A stretch of DNA of 64,000 bases from Octopus vulgaris (Eukaryota), in NCBI GenBank assembly GCA_951406725.2, contig OX597814.1:160580001-160644000 (forward strand), in the 5' to 3' direction. A program made the position numbers and the translations under genes. Position 1 is the first letter of the stretch; each line of letters begins with the position of its first letter. The notes under the pieces are model-generated. The model was given only the letters and a program-made list of their open reading frames with translations. It was not told the DNA's origin and did no database searches. This document shows, piece after piece, positions 28,658-41,244 of this stretch.

Positions 28658-30489
28658 ATGGTGGTGATATGAAAATAAAAACTTTCAAAAACTTAAGATC
28701 TGCAATAACACGAAACTGGTAGGCTTAATGTGACCATGGTCTCATAGTTATTACATGTTTTCTTGTGAACAATAGATACACCTTCAAACCTGGTGAATAA
28801 GTGAGAATGGCGGAGCGGTATTCAAGAAGAGCTGCTGCTGCTGTTTAGCTCTGGATCAGCTCTGATTAACCTCTTACCATACACTTATTTTTTTCAATTT
28901 CCATGCAAAAAATATCTTTTTACTATTATTTTGAATCTGTATATAAGGAAGAATAAGTACACTAATTATTTTGGATCAGTTATGATTTATTTTGAAGTTA
29001 CTGATAGAAATGATAGTTACTGATAGTTAATGATACAAAAACGGAAATAACATCATGAACGAAGTATTTCGGGTTGGAAATAAGTGACAGATGCCTCAGA
29101 GTACACTGAACGAATATTTTCATCTCAATATATATTTACTAGACATGTCTGAATGAAAATATACGGGATAATGTTAAGAGGTTAAGCAGACTTACGATCA
29201 GAGATGTTTCATCTATGAGCATCTCATCTTATTTTCAGACAATAAATACGGATAACACTAATACGGATAACATTAACCGTATCAATGACCGAGTTGTAGT
29301 TGGTGCGACGAAAATTTTGTCAAGAAATAATAAACGTTTAAGTGAACTTAGCGGTCCTTGTGTGTTTTTGAATGGCTAATAGGAGCCTTTCGCGCTGTGA
29401 TCGTTTTAGTTTAGCATGCAGTCTCGGATCAAATATGATTTGATCTGAGACCGTATGCTTCCATTTTTCTTTTCTTTTCTGTTTTTTATGCTTAAAATGT
29501 GGTTTGGGAGGAATTTGACAGCTATTTCTACCGAACCGAACGACCACATCGTAGCTTCTTTGCTGAGTCACCAAAAACAAAAAAGAAAAGTGGTCAGAAT
29601 TGGTAAAATTTAAACAGAAAATATTAAAAGCTAAAAAAAAAATCAAAATATCCGAAAAATAAGAAAAAATATGTTTTAAGAATTAATGCTTTGATTGCTA
29701 TTATCGATCTTTTGATCTCTCGGATCTGAGAAATCCACTCTGAAAATTGAAAACCAATAGTCTGAAAGAGAATCTAAAAGAAGAGTGAGAGTAGAATGGG
29801 GGTTATACATGCTAAAATTGACTACTACTTAACGAAAAAAAAAGTGATGTTGAAATTAGATTTTTTCCTGAAACGTTTTCGAATTTAAATCTTTAAAAAA
29901 ACTCTTTTGGGTTGCGCATTCTTTTTCTTTCTTTCTTTTTAAATAGTTAATACTGAGATAGGGGAAAAAATTATTTTTCAATCGCAGTTTGCTTTCTAAA
30001 ATCACATTTTTTTCTATTATTATCAGTTTGTTCTTTTTCAACTTATCAATATCAACATTTTTTTTGTTTGTTTGTTTAAATTTCAGCAATCATCTTTGTT
30101 AAATATTTTCTTTTATTAAATATCTCCGCTTCTATCTTAAGAAAGTTAAGCTAATGGTAAATGATGATGACGATAATGATGTTGATGACAATGATAACGA
30201 TGATGACGTCGTGATGGTGGTGATGGCGTAACCCATCCCAGATAGATTGTTTACAACACTAAAGGATTTATATTAGCATAATGTATCTAACATCTCGAAC
30301 AGTGTTGTTACCACTTATACAAACTCCCAGATCAGAGCAAAAAAAAAATTTCATTCGACCGATTGGCAGGAAGTTGTTAAAGCTCTGTTTTTTGGGGTTT
30401 TTTTTAACTTGGGAAACCAGATATTTCTACAAATTGGGATTAATGGAGAATCTTGCCTCTCACAATATAGAAACGTTTCTCGTGGCACC

Positions 30490-31160
30490 AGCAGACAAAA
30501 TGGAAAGGGCGCTACCCCAGGATGATAGCGAAGAAGACGCGCTGGAACAGCCACTCTGACTCTCGGGGCTTGCACTTGCGGACAGCAATCTCCGCCCCGA
30601 TAACGGTGAGCAGGGATATGGTCCAGGAGCCAAGAACGCCAGAAGTCTCAGCTGCTACAGGCTCGACCATAAATATGTCAGAAAGCGACCGATATTGTAA
30701 CAGTTTTTTGTTTTTTGTTTTTTTTCTCAGCTTGACGAGCAGGAGAGCCTGGGTTGGAAGATGACCACCCCAAGTTGCCGCTGGAGAAGATGTCACAGCA
30801 TGTGTGTGACATCCCAGATGAGGATCCTACCGCCACGGAACGGAAAAATTGTCATACCGTTCGGCCTTTTACCGTCCCTTCGGTCTAGCCCTGCTGGCTC
30901 GAGCTTGGAATTGAAACCTGCGGCGTCTAGGCCATGCTTTTTATTGTATCAATATGATCCTGTCTCTGTCCCGCAGACGTACTGTCTCATCATTCGGGCT
31001 ATTCTATCCCTACTTCAATAGCCTCTGTTCCTCCGAGATGATTGACTCCCTACCACAATAGCAACGCCAGAATGTTTGCCCTAATCCTTGGACGAAACCA
31101 AGAAGAAAAAGAATCAAGCCGGTGGGCGAACTTAACACTTCTTCAAGCACATCTAGCGAG
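30490..31160 (-). mobile_element. Degraded CRE-clade non-LTR retrotransposon, REL endonuclease region
   Basis: LDAAGFNSKLEPAGLDRRDGKRPNGMTIFPFRGGRILIWDVT, then YRSLSDIFMVEPVAAETSGVLG..WLFQR. Confidence 0.82.
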
Positions 31161-31342
31161 TAATGCACTTGTTAGTTGTAAACAAAGTCCTTGTTGCTTT
31201 TATTTAGATATGATACTTTCTTTATATCATACACATCGATATATACAAATATATGCGTCTACCAAATTCACTCACAAGACTTTAGTCGGACCGTGGCTAA
31301 AGCAGCAGTCATTTGCCCGAAAGCGTGTGGTTGAGAAGTAAA

Positions 31343-31344
31343 CT

Positions 31345-31427
<83 letters not shown>
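31343..31427 (+). repeat. (GATA)n microsatellite
   Basis: Directly visible. Confidence 0.97.
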
Positions 31428-31428
<1 letters not shown>

Positions 31429-31494
31429 TTAGTTGTCTATAGCTCTATGGATAAGAAAAAACAGGGGCTCATATTTGGTATATTATTATTAATA

Positions 31495-31889
31495 CTAGCA
31501 GTATCGCCCGGCGTTGCTCGGGTTTGTTTCGACCCTTTAGAATTGGAATTTTTGAAAAGTAAAACTTTTGCATTATGTAGCTTGTTATTCTCTTTAAGTG
31601 AACATTTTTCTGGTTGAAATACACCGAAAAATGGCGACACAGCAGTCAAACAATCGTAAAAAAAATTGGGATTTACACAGAAAAAAAGCACCTTTTTGAT
31701 GTAAATAAATTTTGGTGTTAACATGGTTCGATTTGAATTTTTTTCTTCTACGGAAGGAAGAGCAAGCCTTCTTCTATCATACTCTCAATTTTGGTCAACT
31801 TGCGCAGCAGGGTCTCAGAGGAGATAGTGTTAGTTGAAGGCTACCAAACCTGCCATACACAGGCAACTTCAGCTTTATATATATAGAGA
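31495..31889 (-). mobile_element. Non-autonomous Helitron (395 bp)
   Basis: The - strand starts TCTCTATATATAT, ends with hairpin CCCG-AGCAACGC-CGGG then CGATACTGCTAG, and sits between A and T with no TSD. Confidence 0.85.
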
Positions 31890-31899
31890 TAATGCAGTA

Positions 31900-33240
31900 G
31901 TATATTCTCATAATGACTAATTTACTAGTTGGTTTCATATCAGGAACTTAAAAACCCTGGCAATCACCAGAAAAATCCTAAAGGAATGGTATCACGTAGG
32001 CGCTTTACTACTTGAGGCCACACCTTTCGACTCGGATTCGCTTTGGATTAAACGGAATGACCCTGACGGTTACTTTGACGTAGCGATGGAAGCATTTGGT
32101 AGTGCTGATGTATGTGATCTTATATAGGCTTCTTTTTATTCTAGATATGCTCAACAAGAAATTCCCCTCAACTAGCTTTGGCCTCTATAGGGACAGTGCT
32201 TCTACATTATCGAGAGGGGCGAATGGCCACACACTCGATAGACTTTAAAAAGAATCTAGCCCATGCCTTTAATTCTCTTGGGCTCAAGGCCACAAAAGAA
32301 ACCAGTCTGAGAGTGGGTGATTTCCTGGGTGTGACACTAAACTTAGACACTGGTACCAATAGACCCTTTTAGAAATCGAATGAGAGGTTGATATACATTA
32401 ACAGGTTCCTACTATCCTGATACAAGGCGGCGAGCTGGCAGAAACGTTAGCACGCCGGGCGAAATGCTTAACAGTATTTTGTTTGTCGCTACGTTCTGTG
32501 TTCAAATTCCGCAGAGGTCGAATTTGCCTTTCATCCTTTCGGGGTCGATTAAATAAGTACCAGTTACGCACTGGAGTCGATATAATCGACTTAATCCGTT
32601 TGTCTGTCCTTGTTTGTCCTCTCTGTGTTTAGCCCCTTGTGGGTAGTAAAGAAATAGGTTCCTACTATCCTGCCATAGGGACTTTGTGAGGAGGAGTTAC
32701 AGAAGAATCTCCAACCTATTTTTGAATAAGGATATTTTCAATGCAGCAGCCCCGTACTACGAGACCTGAGCCGCCACTTCTTTTAAGGATAAGATTAGAT
32801 ATATGCCCGACCCAAACTCCACTAAGAGAAACGCCATCGAAAATTCATATGGTTTGCATCCCTATTTTCCCGAGACTTAAAACTTGTGTAGGCAGGGTCT
32901 TCCTTAGTTTAAGTCTTAAATGCTTTCCCCAAACACAAAGATGCGGGAAAATATTTCATACATACACCTTGAGGATCTCTTTTAGCTGAGCTTCGGGCAT
33001 AAAAAAATATTACCAAGCAGGTCCAACCCTCAAACAGAGACAAGCTGCACATACAGAAGTAACACTACATGTCCACTTAACAACTATTGCAATACAGAAA
33101 CCGTTGTGTATGAGGCGATGCTAGCGTTAAAGGATTCTAATGGAGCTACGGACATGCGGAAGTATGCTGGCGCAATAAAGGGTCCCTTAAGAATCACATT
33201 CGTGGGTCACACGTATTTGCTTGATATCCAAGAGTGAGGT
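31900..33240 (+). mobile_element. Degraded Naiad-like Penelope element, interrupted by a SINE
   Basis: WIKRNDPDGYFDVAMEAFGSADVCDL, GLYRD, DFLGVTLNLDTGTNRPF, LRISFS*, CPLNNYCNTETVVYEA..KYAG. Confidence 0.78.
32424..32656 (+). mobile_element. Full-length S1 SINE with 17-bp TSD
   Basis: TSD AGGTTCCTACTATCCTG at 32403-32419 and 32656-32672. Confidence 0.93.
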
Positions 33241-33809
33241 ACTCAATAAGCCAATAAGATCACAAGTCGACGGCAAAGCCTTTACATGGTTCTTCGACTT
33301 GCTAAAAAGAGCAGTCAAAATTTCTTCAAAGCAAACTTGTAATGTCTTAAATAAGTACGGTGCCAGGGAAAAAAAGAGGAAGAAACGAGATAGTCATGGT
33401 TGGATTGCTTTTGACCATAGGGTTGCTTAATCAATAAACTAAACAATAATAAGAACAAATATGTTAATCTGCTTCCCTTTCAAATCTGATTTTCTTTCTG
33501 ATTACAAAAAAAAAATTAGATCTATGTTATAGTTAATGGTTATTTCATGCGAAACAATGCGATGGAAAAATAAACAGAACAAGCGTAAAACAATGAAAAT
33601 AAACTCGAAAATCAGGAAATTTACTATCCTACTAATTTGATACCCCATCACTTTACTTATATGTCCCACTAATTTTGAATGTGCTTTGATTAGAAGAATA
33701 AAATATGATTAGGAAAAGTACAGAAGCGAAACGATATCACAGTATTAGGAGAACAAATAAAAAATTAGGAAAGTTTTAAAAAATAAATAAGGCTAACGTA
33801 CGATACTGA

Positions 33810-34042
33810 ACACTCACACTCACACACACACACACACATACACACACACACATATATATATATATACATACGTACATTCATACATATATACATACATATA
33901 TTCATACATATATACATATACATACATATATTCATAATATATACATATACATACATACATATATTCATACATATATACATATACATACATACATATATTC
34001 ATACATATATTCATACATATATACATATACATACATACATAC

Positions 34043-34103
<61 letters not shown>

Positions 34104-34312
34104 CATACATATTTATATACATGAGGACATTTATATACATATGTGTATGTATACATATAAGATCATACACACACACGTGTGTGTGTGTGTGTGTGTGTAT
34201 ATACTCACACACAACCTTAATTTTTCCCTTCCGAAGACCTTTATTTTTCCATTCCGAAGATTTCTATAAGCACACACATATTTGCATATATATATATATA
34301 TATATATATATG
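33810..34312. repeat. (CA)/(TA)/(CATA) compound microsatellite
   Basis: Directly visible. Confidence 0.93.
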
Positions 34313-34780
34313 AAACAGTAGATTATGCATGAAAGACTTTCTCCGAATAAATCATGAGATTCCTGAATTCACCAAATTTGTATTAGGAGAAAGAAGAATC
34401 CTGGCGTGGATGAGACAAGAACCTTGACATGGGAAGAAGATAAGAGGCGATGCAAATCCCTACTTTTAAAAATCGATATTTATGAAGCACGAGTTCCTAG
34501 TTTCAAGTCTTGAACTATATCTCGAATTCTTAGATTTAGGTCTGTTTTTCTTTTGTTTTTGTTTTTTTTGCTTTTCGAGTCAATGTTACATAGAGTGTCT
34601 TGGACGAAAGTACTTAATGTGTCCTTGTTATTTTTAAGACAGTGGGATGTGGTACGAAGGAGAGCTGTTTGTTATTTCAAGCAAGTCAAGTAACGAGGTA
34701 GACGCTTCTTTGTTGGCTCGTAGCTCTGTGTGTGTGTGTGTGTGTGCTTGTCACCGCTGGATTTAAACTCTTTAAAATAC

Positions 34781-35010
34781 ATTTCTTTACTACCCACAAG
34801 GGGCTAAACATAGAGGGAACAAACAAGGAAAGACAAACGGATTATGTCGATTATATTGACCCCAGTGCGAACTGGTACTTTATTTATCGACCCCGAAAGG
34901 ATGAAAGGCAAAGTCGGCCTCGGCGGAATTTGAACTCAGAACGTAACGACAGACGAAATAGCGCTAAGCATTTCGCCCGGCGCGCTAACATTTCTGCCAG
35001 CTCGCCGCCT
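34781..35010 (-). mobile_element. Full-length S1 SINE with 18-bp TSD
   Basis: TSD TTTAAACTCTTTAAAATA at 34762-34779 and 35010-35027. Confidence 0.93.
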
Positions 35011-35938
35011 TTAAACTCTTTAAAATAGCAGAACAACTCCTTCATTTCATACACAACCGTCTTAGAAAAAGGAAGGACAAGTTCGATAATGAGGTCCTAG
35101 AAACATTATTACTGACGAAAAAGACGGGACAGTCATAGCTAGAATGCATTTAGTTACATAGCTACCCGATTTTGCCTAATCCTAAACACTAACAAAATAC
35201 GTGACAACCTTTCTTTTCCTGCACGAACGTTCAAAAGACTGGACGTTTTATTTCTCTCTCCTATCTTTTTACTTTTAAAAGAAAATAATTCTGCCAGCAT
35301 TCACTATTTTCCTCTCGTTCTGATCTAACGACCCTCCATGTTTTTGTTTTCGTTCGGTTTCCTTATATGTTTCCACTGTCCTGTTTTGTTCCCAATTTTG
35401 ACCCTCCATAAATCCTAAATTTTATTTTAGAATTTATGAGAGCAACTGTCTTTGAAGTCTCCTATTGTCGTTGAATGCTCGAAATGAGGAGCCGGCATGA
35501 AGGGTCCCTTCTTTGTGTTTAATTGTTCTGTTTTTACTTATTTCATGCTATTTGCACAGTTGGTGACGTCCTATACGTGTGCGTGTGTGAGCGTGTGAGT
35601 GTAACACCCTAACCATTAAGCCACGCATGAGTAGTAACTAAGAATTATTTTCGTCCCCTTATTTAGATGTTCTCGTGTAGGCTAGGTCCTCTGATCAAAT
35701 GCATTCCAGTCGTGACCGTTTTGCTTTTTGGGGGGGTTTTACTGCATGTATTGGGCACAGGCGTAGCGGTGTGATTAAGAAGCTTTTTCCTCATTCATGA
35801 GGTTGTGTGTTCCGTCCCACGGCGTGACACAAGTATTTTCTAATTATGGCTCGGATCGACAAAAGCTTGGGAGTAGATTTCGTAGACGGAAACTTAAAGA
35901 AGTTTGTTGTGTGCGTGTGTAAGCATAAGATTCGTGTA

Positions 35939-35939
<1 letters not shown>

Positions 35940-36001
<62 letters not shown>

Positions 36002-36081
36002 ATGTTTGTCCGTATTACCTGAGTTTATTTTTTGTACGAGGGACGTTTCATTTATGAGAACGTACTCCTGTATTTGTTTGA

Positions 36082-36172
<91 letters not shown>

Positions 36173-36201
36173 GTATGTATATATGTATGTATGTATGTAT
36201 G

Positions 36202-36234
<33 letters not shown>

Positions 36235-36457
36235 GTATGTATATATATATGTATGTATGTATGTATGTATATATATGTATATATATATGTATGTATATAT
36301 ATATGTATGTATATACATATGTATGTATATATATATGTATGTATATATATATGTATATATATATATATGTATGTATATATATATATATGTATATATATAT
36401 ATGTATGTATATATATATATATGTATGTATATATATATGTATATATATATATGTATG

Positions 36458-36530
<73 letters not shown>
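35940..36530. repeat. (TG)n then (TA)/(TATG)n microsatellites
   Basis: Directly visible. Confidence 0.95.
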
Positions 36531-36533
<3 letters not shown>

Positions 36534-36905
36534 TCCCGGGTTGATTCGGGGTTAACCACAGTAAATAAGGTACTCAATACATAGCAGAGTAAAATTAATT
36601 TATTATATAGAAGGAGCTTCTACAGGACTAGAACTGTTTCATTCAAGAGAAATCTTCAGGAAGCTAGTTAACAAGAATTGTATCGGCATTTATACATTTA
36701 GGCAGGTTTAAAGGGGTGTTGGTGGGGGACTTTTTGGGGGTAGGCATAGCGCAAAATATCATACTTGGGGGAGTGGTCAAGGAGTCAGTGTTAAATTAGA
36801 TAGAAGAATAAATAAAAAATAAAAAATAAAAAAAATAAAAAAATATATATATATAAAAAAAGGGGGAATAGAGTTTTAGGTAAATAAGGAGATTCTCACT
36901 TATAC
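36531..36905 (-). mobile_element. Penelope pseudo-LTR/retrozyme-like non-coding element between microsatellites
   Basis: The - strand reads TATAAA, hammerhead, AATAAA, terminal hairpin, then (TA)n. Confidence 0.65.
36615..36665 (-). ncRNA. Type I hammerhead ribozyme
   Basis: AGCUUC-CUGAAGA-U-UUC-UCUU-GAA-U-GAA-ACAG-UUCUAGUC-CUGU-A^GAAGCU. Helix I is 6 bp, helix III is 4 bp, the core is canonical and the cleavage site is GUA. Confidence 0.8.
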
Positions 36906-37206
36906 CTATGCACATATGTATACATATATACACACGCATACAAACATATATACATATACATACACACATACATACACACACACACATATATATACATATA
37001 TATACACTTACACATACATATACATATCTACACATACACATATATGTATACATACACACACTCACATGCATACACGTATACACACATGTGTATATATACA
37101 CACACGACCACACATACATATACACACAGAAAAATATATATACACATACACACACAGCACACTAGTCCCTATATACACATACACACACATATACACACAC
37201 ATACAT

Positions 37207-37266
<60 letters not shown>

Positions 37267-37675
37267 GTGTACCTATGCATACCTACACATACACACATAT
37301 ATATATACACATACAAATACAGACCCATTCCCTAATTTTAATTTTATTATCTTCGTTTATTACTTTTGTTATCTTTGGCCGCTTGGTCACAAACATCTTG
37401 GCTATGACAGCCAGTCCATTTATCTGTCTACTGGAAAACAAGCACTCATTCACTCACGCACACTCTTTAGCACGTACACTCACTCATTCGTACACTCATA
37501 CACATACACGCACGCACGCGTTATATTCATACATACATACATCTACATACATTCACGTATATACACATACGTACGCGTACCTACAGATTCATGTCTACAC
37601 TCTTAGAAGGCTAGTCTATACATATACACCAATAAATATAAATACACACACATACACGTACACCTACATACAAAT

Positions 37676-37727
<52 letters not shown>

Positions 37728-37879
37728 TCACATATATATACACACATATACACACACATACATACACACACATATATACACATATACACACATATACACA
37801 TATATACACACATACACATACATACATATACACACATACACATACATACGTATACATACATATATATATATGTATATAT

Positions 37880-37935
<56 letters not shown>

Positions 37936-38024
37936 GTATATGTATATATATGTATATGTATATATATATATATGTATATATATATGTATATATATGTATA
38001 TATATATATATATGTATATATATT
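36906..38024. repeat. (CA)/(TA) compound microsatellite with a short unique insert (37320-37445)
   Basis: Directly visible. Confidence 0.9.
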
Positions 38025-40824
38025 CATTCTCAACAGAAGCCATTAACATATTTTCGAATGGATACTGCGAAGCAGTCGCTGTATTCAGTCAAACCAACAA
38101 CTTAACAGTAGTTGGGCTCTACAGACCACCCCAAACGCCCCTACCATGCTTCAAGGAATGCCTCAACAGCATAAAGTGTTTCATTCAGCAGTGTCAACCT
38201 GACAACATTTTAATGATGGGAGATTTCAACCTTCCCGGGGTTGACTGGTCTACAAACAGTCTGCCGCCAGGTTCTTCTCTCTCAACCCCTGACAGGGAGG
38301 CAGTGGAATCGCTTCTTGACTTCATGGATGACTTCTTCTTGTCCCAACTGGTACTCGAACCAACGAGATGTCACAAAAACGTCTTAGACTTAATTTTCAG
38401 CAATCACACTGATACTATCCACAATATTGCAGTGGAGAAAACCCTACTCTCCGACCATGACATGGTTCTCTGTGATCTGAGATTTCACTGGCCAAAATGC
38501 AAAACAAATGTCATCCCTCCTGTTCATCCATTTGACACTATGGATTTCCACAATGCAAACTGGGAAGCGATCAATAATGATCTTGCACAAGTCGATTGGT
38601 CCTTCACGCACACATACACACCCACTAACATCAAAAGTCCTGGCAGTCACTTGTAGACACCATCACGAACATATGTGCAAGACACACCCCATTAAGATCT
38701 GCAAACAAATCTAAGTGTCGAATCCCTAGAAATAGAAAATCTCTCATAAGGAAAATTAAAAGAATCAACAAAAAGATCAACATGCTGAAATACTGTCAAC
38801 AGCAACACACCAACCTGACTGCCATCTCGTCGCTAGAGATTAAAAAACATAAACTCCAAAACAACATGATGTCTATCATCAATAGTCAGCGAAGAGCTGA
38901 AGAGGCCTGGGCCATTGAGAAGATCAAACTCAATCCCAAAGTGTTCTTTTCATTTGCAAAAAAACACAGAGTCACTGGTTCTACTGTTGGCCCTCTGATT
39001 GATGAAAATGGTATTCTTCAAGACAATGCCAAAACCATGGGAGAAATATTGCAGAAACAATATTGCTCTGTTTTCAGCAATCCTGATATGACTGATCTGG
39101 GCTGTATCAGTGATGTTACTCCCCAATACACTTTATCGGACATAACATTTGGCGCTCCTGATGTCTTAGCAGCAATAAAGGAAATGAAGCATAATTCAGC
39201 AGTAGGTCCCGATAGGTTCCCTGCTTGTGTCTTGAAGATGTGTCAAAACCAACTTGCACCCCCTCTAGCCAATCTGTGGCGGAACTCATTGGATGCTGGA
39301 TATATACCAGAAGACCTTCTATCCCAGTCTGTTGTCCCAGTTTTCAAAAAAGGAAACAAATCGCTTGCCGTGAATTACCGTCCAATCTCACTCACCTCTC
39401 ATATCATCAAGGTATTTGAGAGGGTGCTGAGATCGCGTATGACTCACTTCCTTGAGAGTCATAATATGCTGAACCCCAACCAGCATGGATTCCGTAATGG
39501 GAGAGATTGCCTGACGCAGCTACTGCATCATTTTGATGACATTTTGAGAGCCTTGGGAGAGGGTTCCAACACTGATGTCATCTACCTTGATTTCAGCAAG
39601 GCCTTTGACAGGGTTGATCATAAGATCCTTCTGAGAAAGCTGTCCAATATTGGTGTCACTGGAAAGCTGCTGCAATGGATCAAGTGCTTCCTCTCTAACA
39701 GAACCCAACATGTTGTAGTCGAAGGAGTCAAATCCAGCCCAGCCAAAGTCAGCAGTGGTGTCCCACAAGGCACTGTGTTGGGCCCACTTCTCTTCATCAT
39801 CTACATAAATGATATTACTGACACCATCAAACACAGCAACATCAGAACCTTCGCTGATGATTCCAAGCTCCAGAAGGTCATCAATGGCGTGGATGACCGA
39901 ATAAACCTTCAGTCAGACCTACTGGCTGTTGTCCAATGGGCGGAAAAGAATAACATGTTGCTAAATGAAGACAAATTCGAACTGATCCACTTTGGAAGGG
40001 AGGACGCTCTGAAACTCCCATACTCTCTTCCTTCTGGAGAAATTCTCATGGCATCCAACAACATCAGAGACCTGGGAGTAACAGTGGACAACAACATAAG
40101 CTGGGCTACACATATAAGCAGCAAAGTTGACATGGCCCGCAGAATGTGTTCCTGGATTCTCAGAACCTTCCAGTCGAGAGATTCCCACGCTATTATCCTT
40201 CTCTTCTCCACTTTTGCCCGACCCCACCTTGAATACTGCTGTCCACTGTGGTCTCCCTACACAAAACAAAATATTATGAGAATTGAAGCTCCCCAAAGGT
40301 CAATCACAAAAAAGATAGATGGCATGTCAGACCTTGACTACTGGGGTAGACTAGAGAAGCTGAAATTGTATTCACTCCAACGACGCCGTGAACGCTACAT
40401 TATCTGTATGATGTGGAAAATATTCCATCAGCACTGTCCGAATGATGTTGGCATCACCTTCAAAATGCATCCAAGGCTTGGACCACGTGCCATCCGTCCA
40501 CAACAAAAATCTAAATCGCATCACATAACGACAATACGGCACAACTATTTCACCTCAATTGGACCCGCTCTCTTCAACATTACACCAGGACACGTCAAAA
40601 AAGAAACTGACCACACAAAATTCAAGAAGTCTTTGGACAAATTCCTTCAAACAGTACCGGACAAACCATCCACACCCGGATATGTCTCCGCAAACAATAA
40701 CTCTCTGCTCGAATGGGCCTTGGTGCCCAAATCCTGAACTGAAAGACTTCGCCAGGTGGTGCTATTAAGTTAGACATGGCCTGGGCCAATACTGGCCAAA
40801 AACCTTTCTAAGTTATTCTAAGTT
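38025..40824 (+). mobile_element. CR1-type LINE family A, copy 1 (5'-truncated in the APE domain)
   Basis: APE motifs YRPP, MGDFN, LDLIFSN and SDH. One frameshift near 38630-38640, then the RT ORF. Tail (TTCTAAGTTA)2 runs into (TA)n. Confidence 0.93.
38782..40737 (+). CDS. Reverse transcriptase part of CR1 ORF2 (frame open from ~38641)
   Basis: [64 protein letters not shown]. Confidence 0.9.
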   Translation: MLKYCQQQHTNLTAISSLEIKKHKLQNNMMSIINSQRRAEEAWAIEKIKLNPKVFFSFAKKHRVTGSTVGPLIDENGILQDNAKTMGEILQKQYCSVFSNPDMTDLGCISDVTPQYTLSDITFGAPDVLAAIKEMKHNSAVGPDRFPACVLKMCQNQLAPPLANLWRNSLDAGYIPEDLLSQSVVPVFKKGNKSLAVNYRPISLTSHIIKVFERVLRSRMTHFLESHNMLNPNQHGFRNGRDCLTQLLHHFDDILRALGEGSNTDVIYLDFSKAFDRVDHKILLRKLSNIGVTGKLLQWIKCFLSNRTQHVVVEGVKSSPAKVSSGVPQGTVLGPLLFIIYINDITDTIKHSNIRTFADDSKLQKVINGVDDRINLQSDLLAVVQWAEKNNMLLNEDKFELIHFGREDALKLPYSLPSGEILMASNNIRDLGVTVDNNISWATHISSKVDMARRMCSWILRTFQSRDSHAIILLFSTFARPHLEYCCPLWSPYTKQNIMRIEAPQRSITKKIDGMSDLDYWGRLEKLKLYSLQRRRERYIICMMWKIFHQHCPNDVGITFKMHPRLGPRAIRPQQKSKSHHITTIRHNYFTSIGPALFNITPGHVKKETDHTKFKKSLDKFLQTVPDKPSTPGYVSANNNSLLEWALVPKS

Positions 40825-41244
<420 letters not shown>

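Noticed and set aside
35894-38105. Long YI/YM/HT/CV-repeat ORFs (also 11.2, 21, 33.8, 40.8, 43.2, 57.1 and 61.4 kb)
   Set aside because: Stop-free translations of TA/TG/CA microsatellites, not proteins.
37682-38656. 324-aa ORF appearing to fuse a YI repeat to an endonuclease
   Set aside because: Chance read-through from the microsatellite into a 5'-truncated CR1 APE domain.
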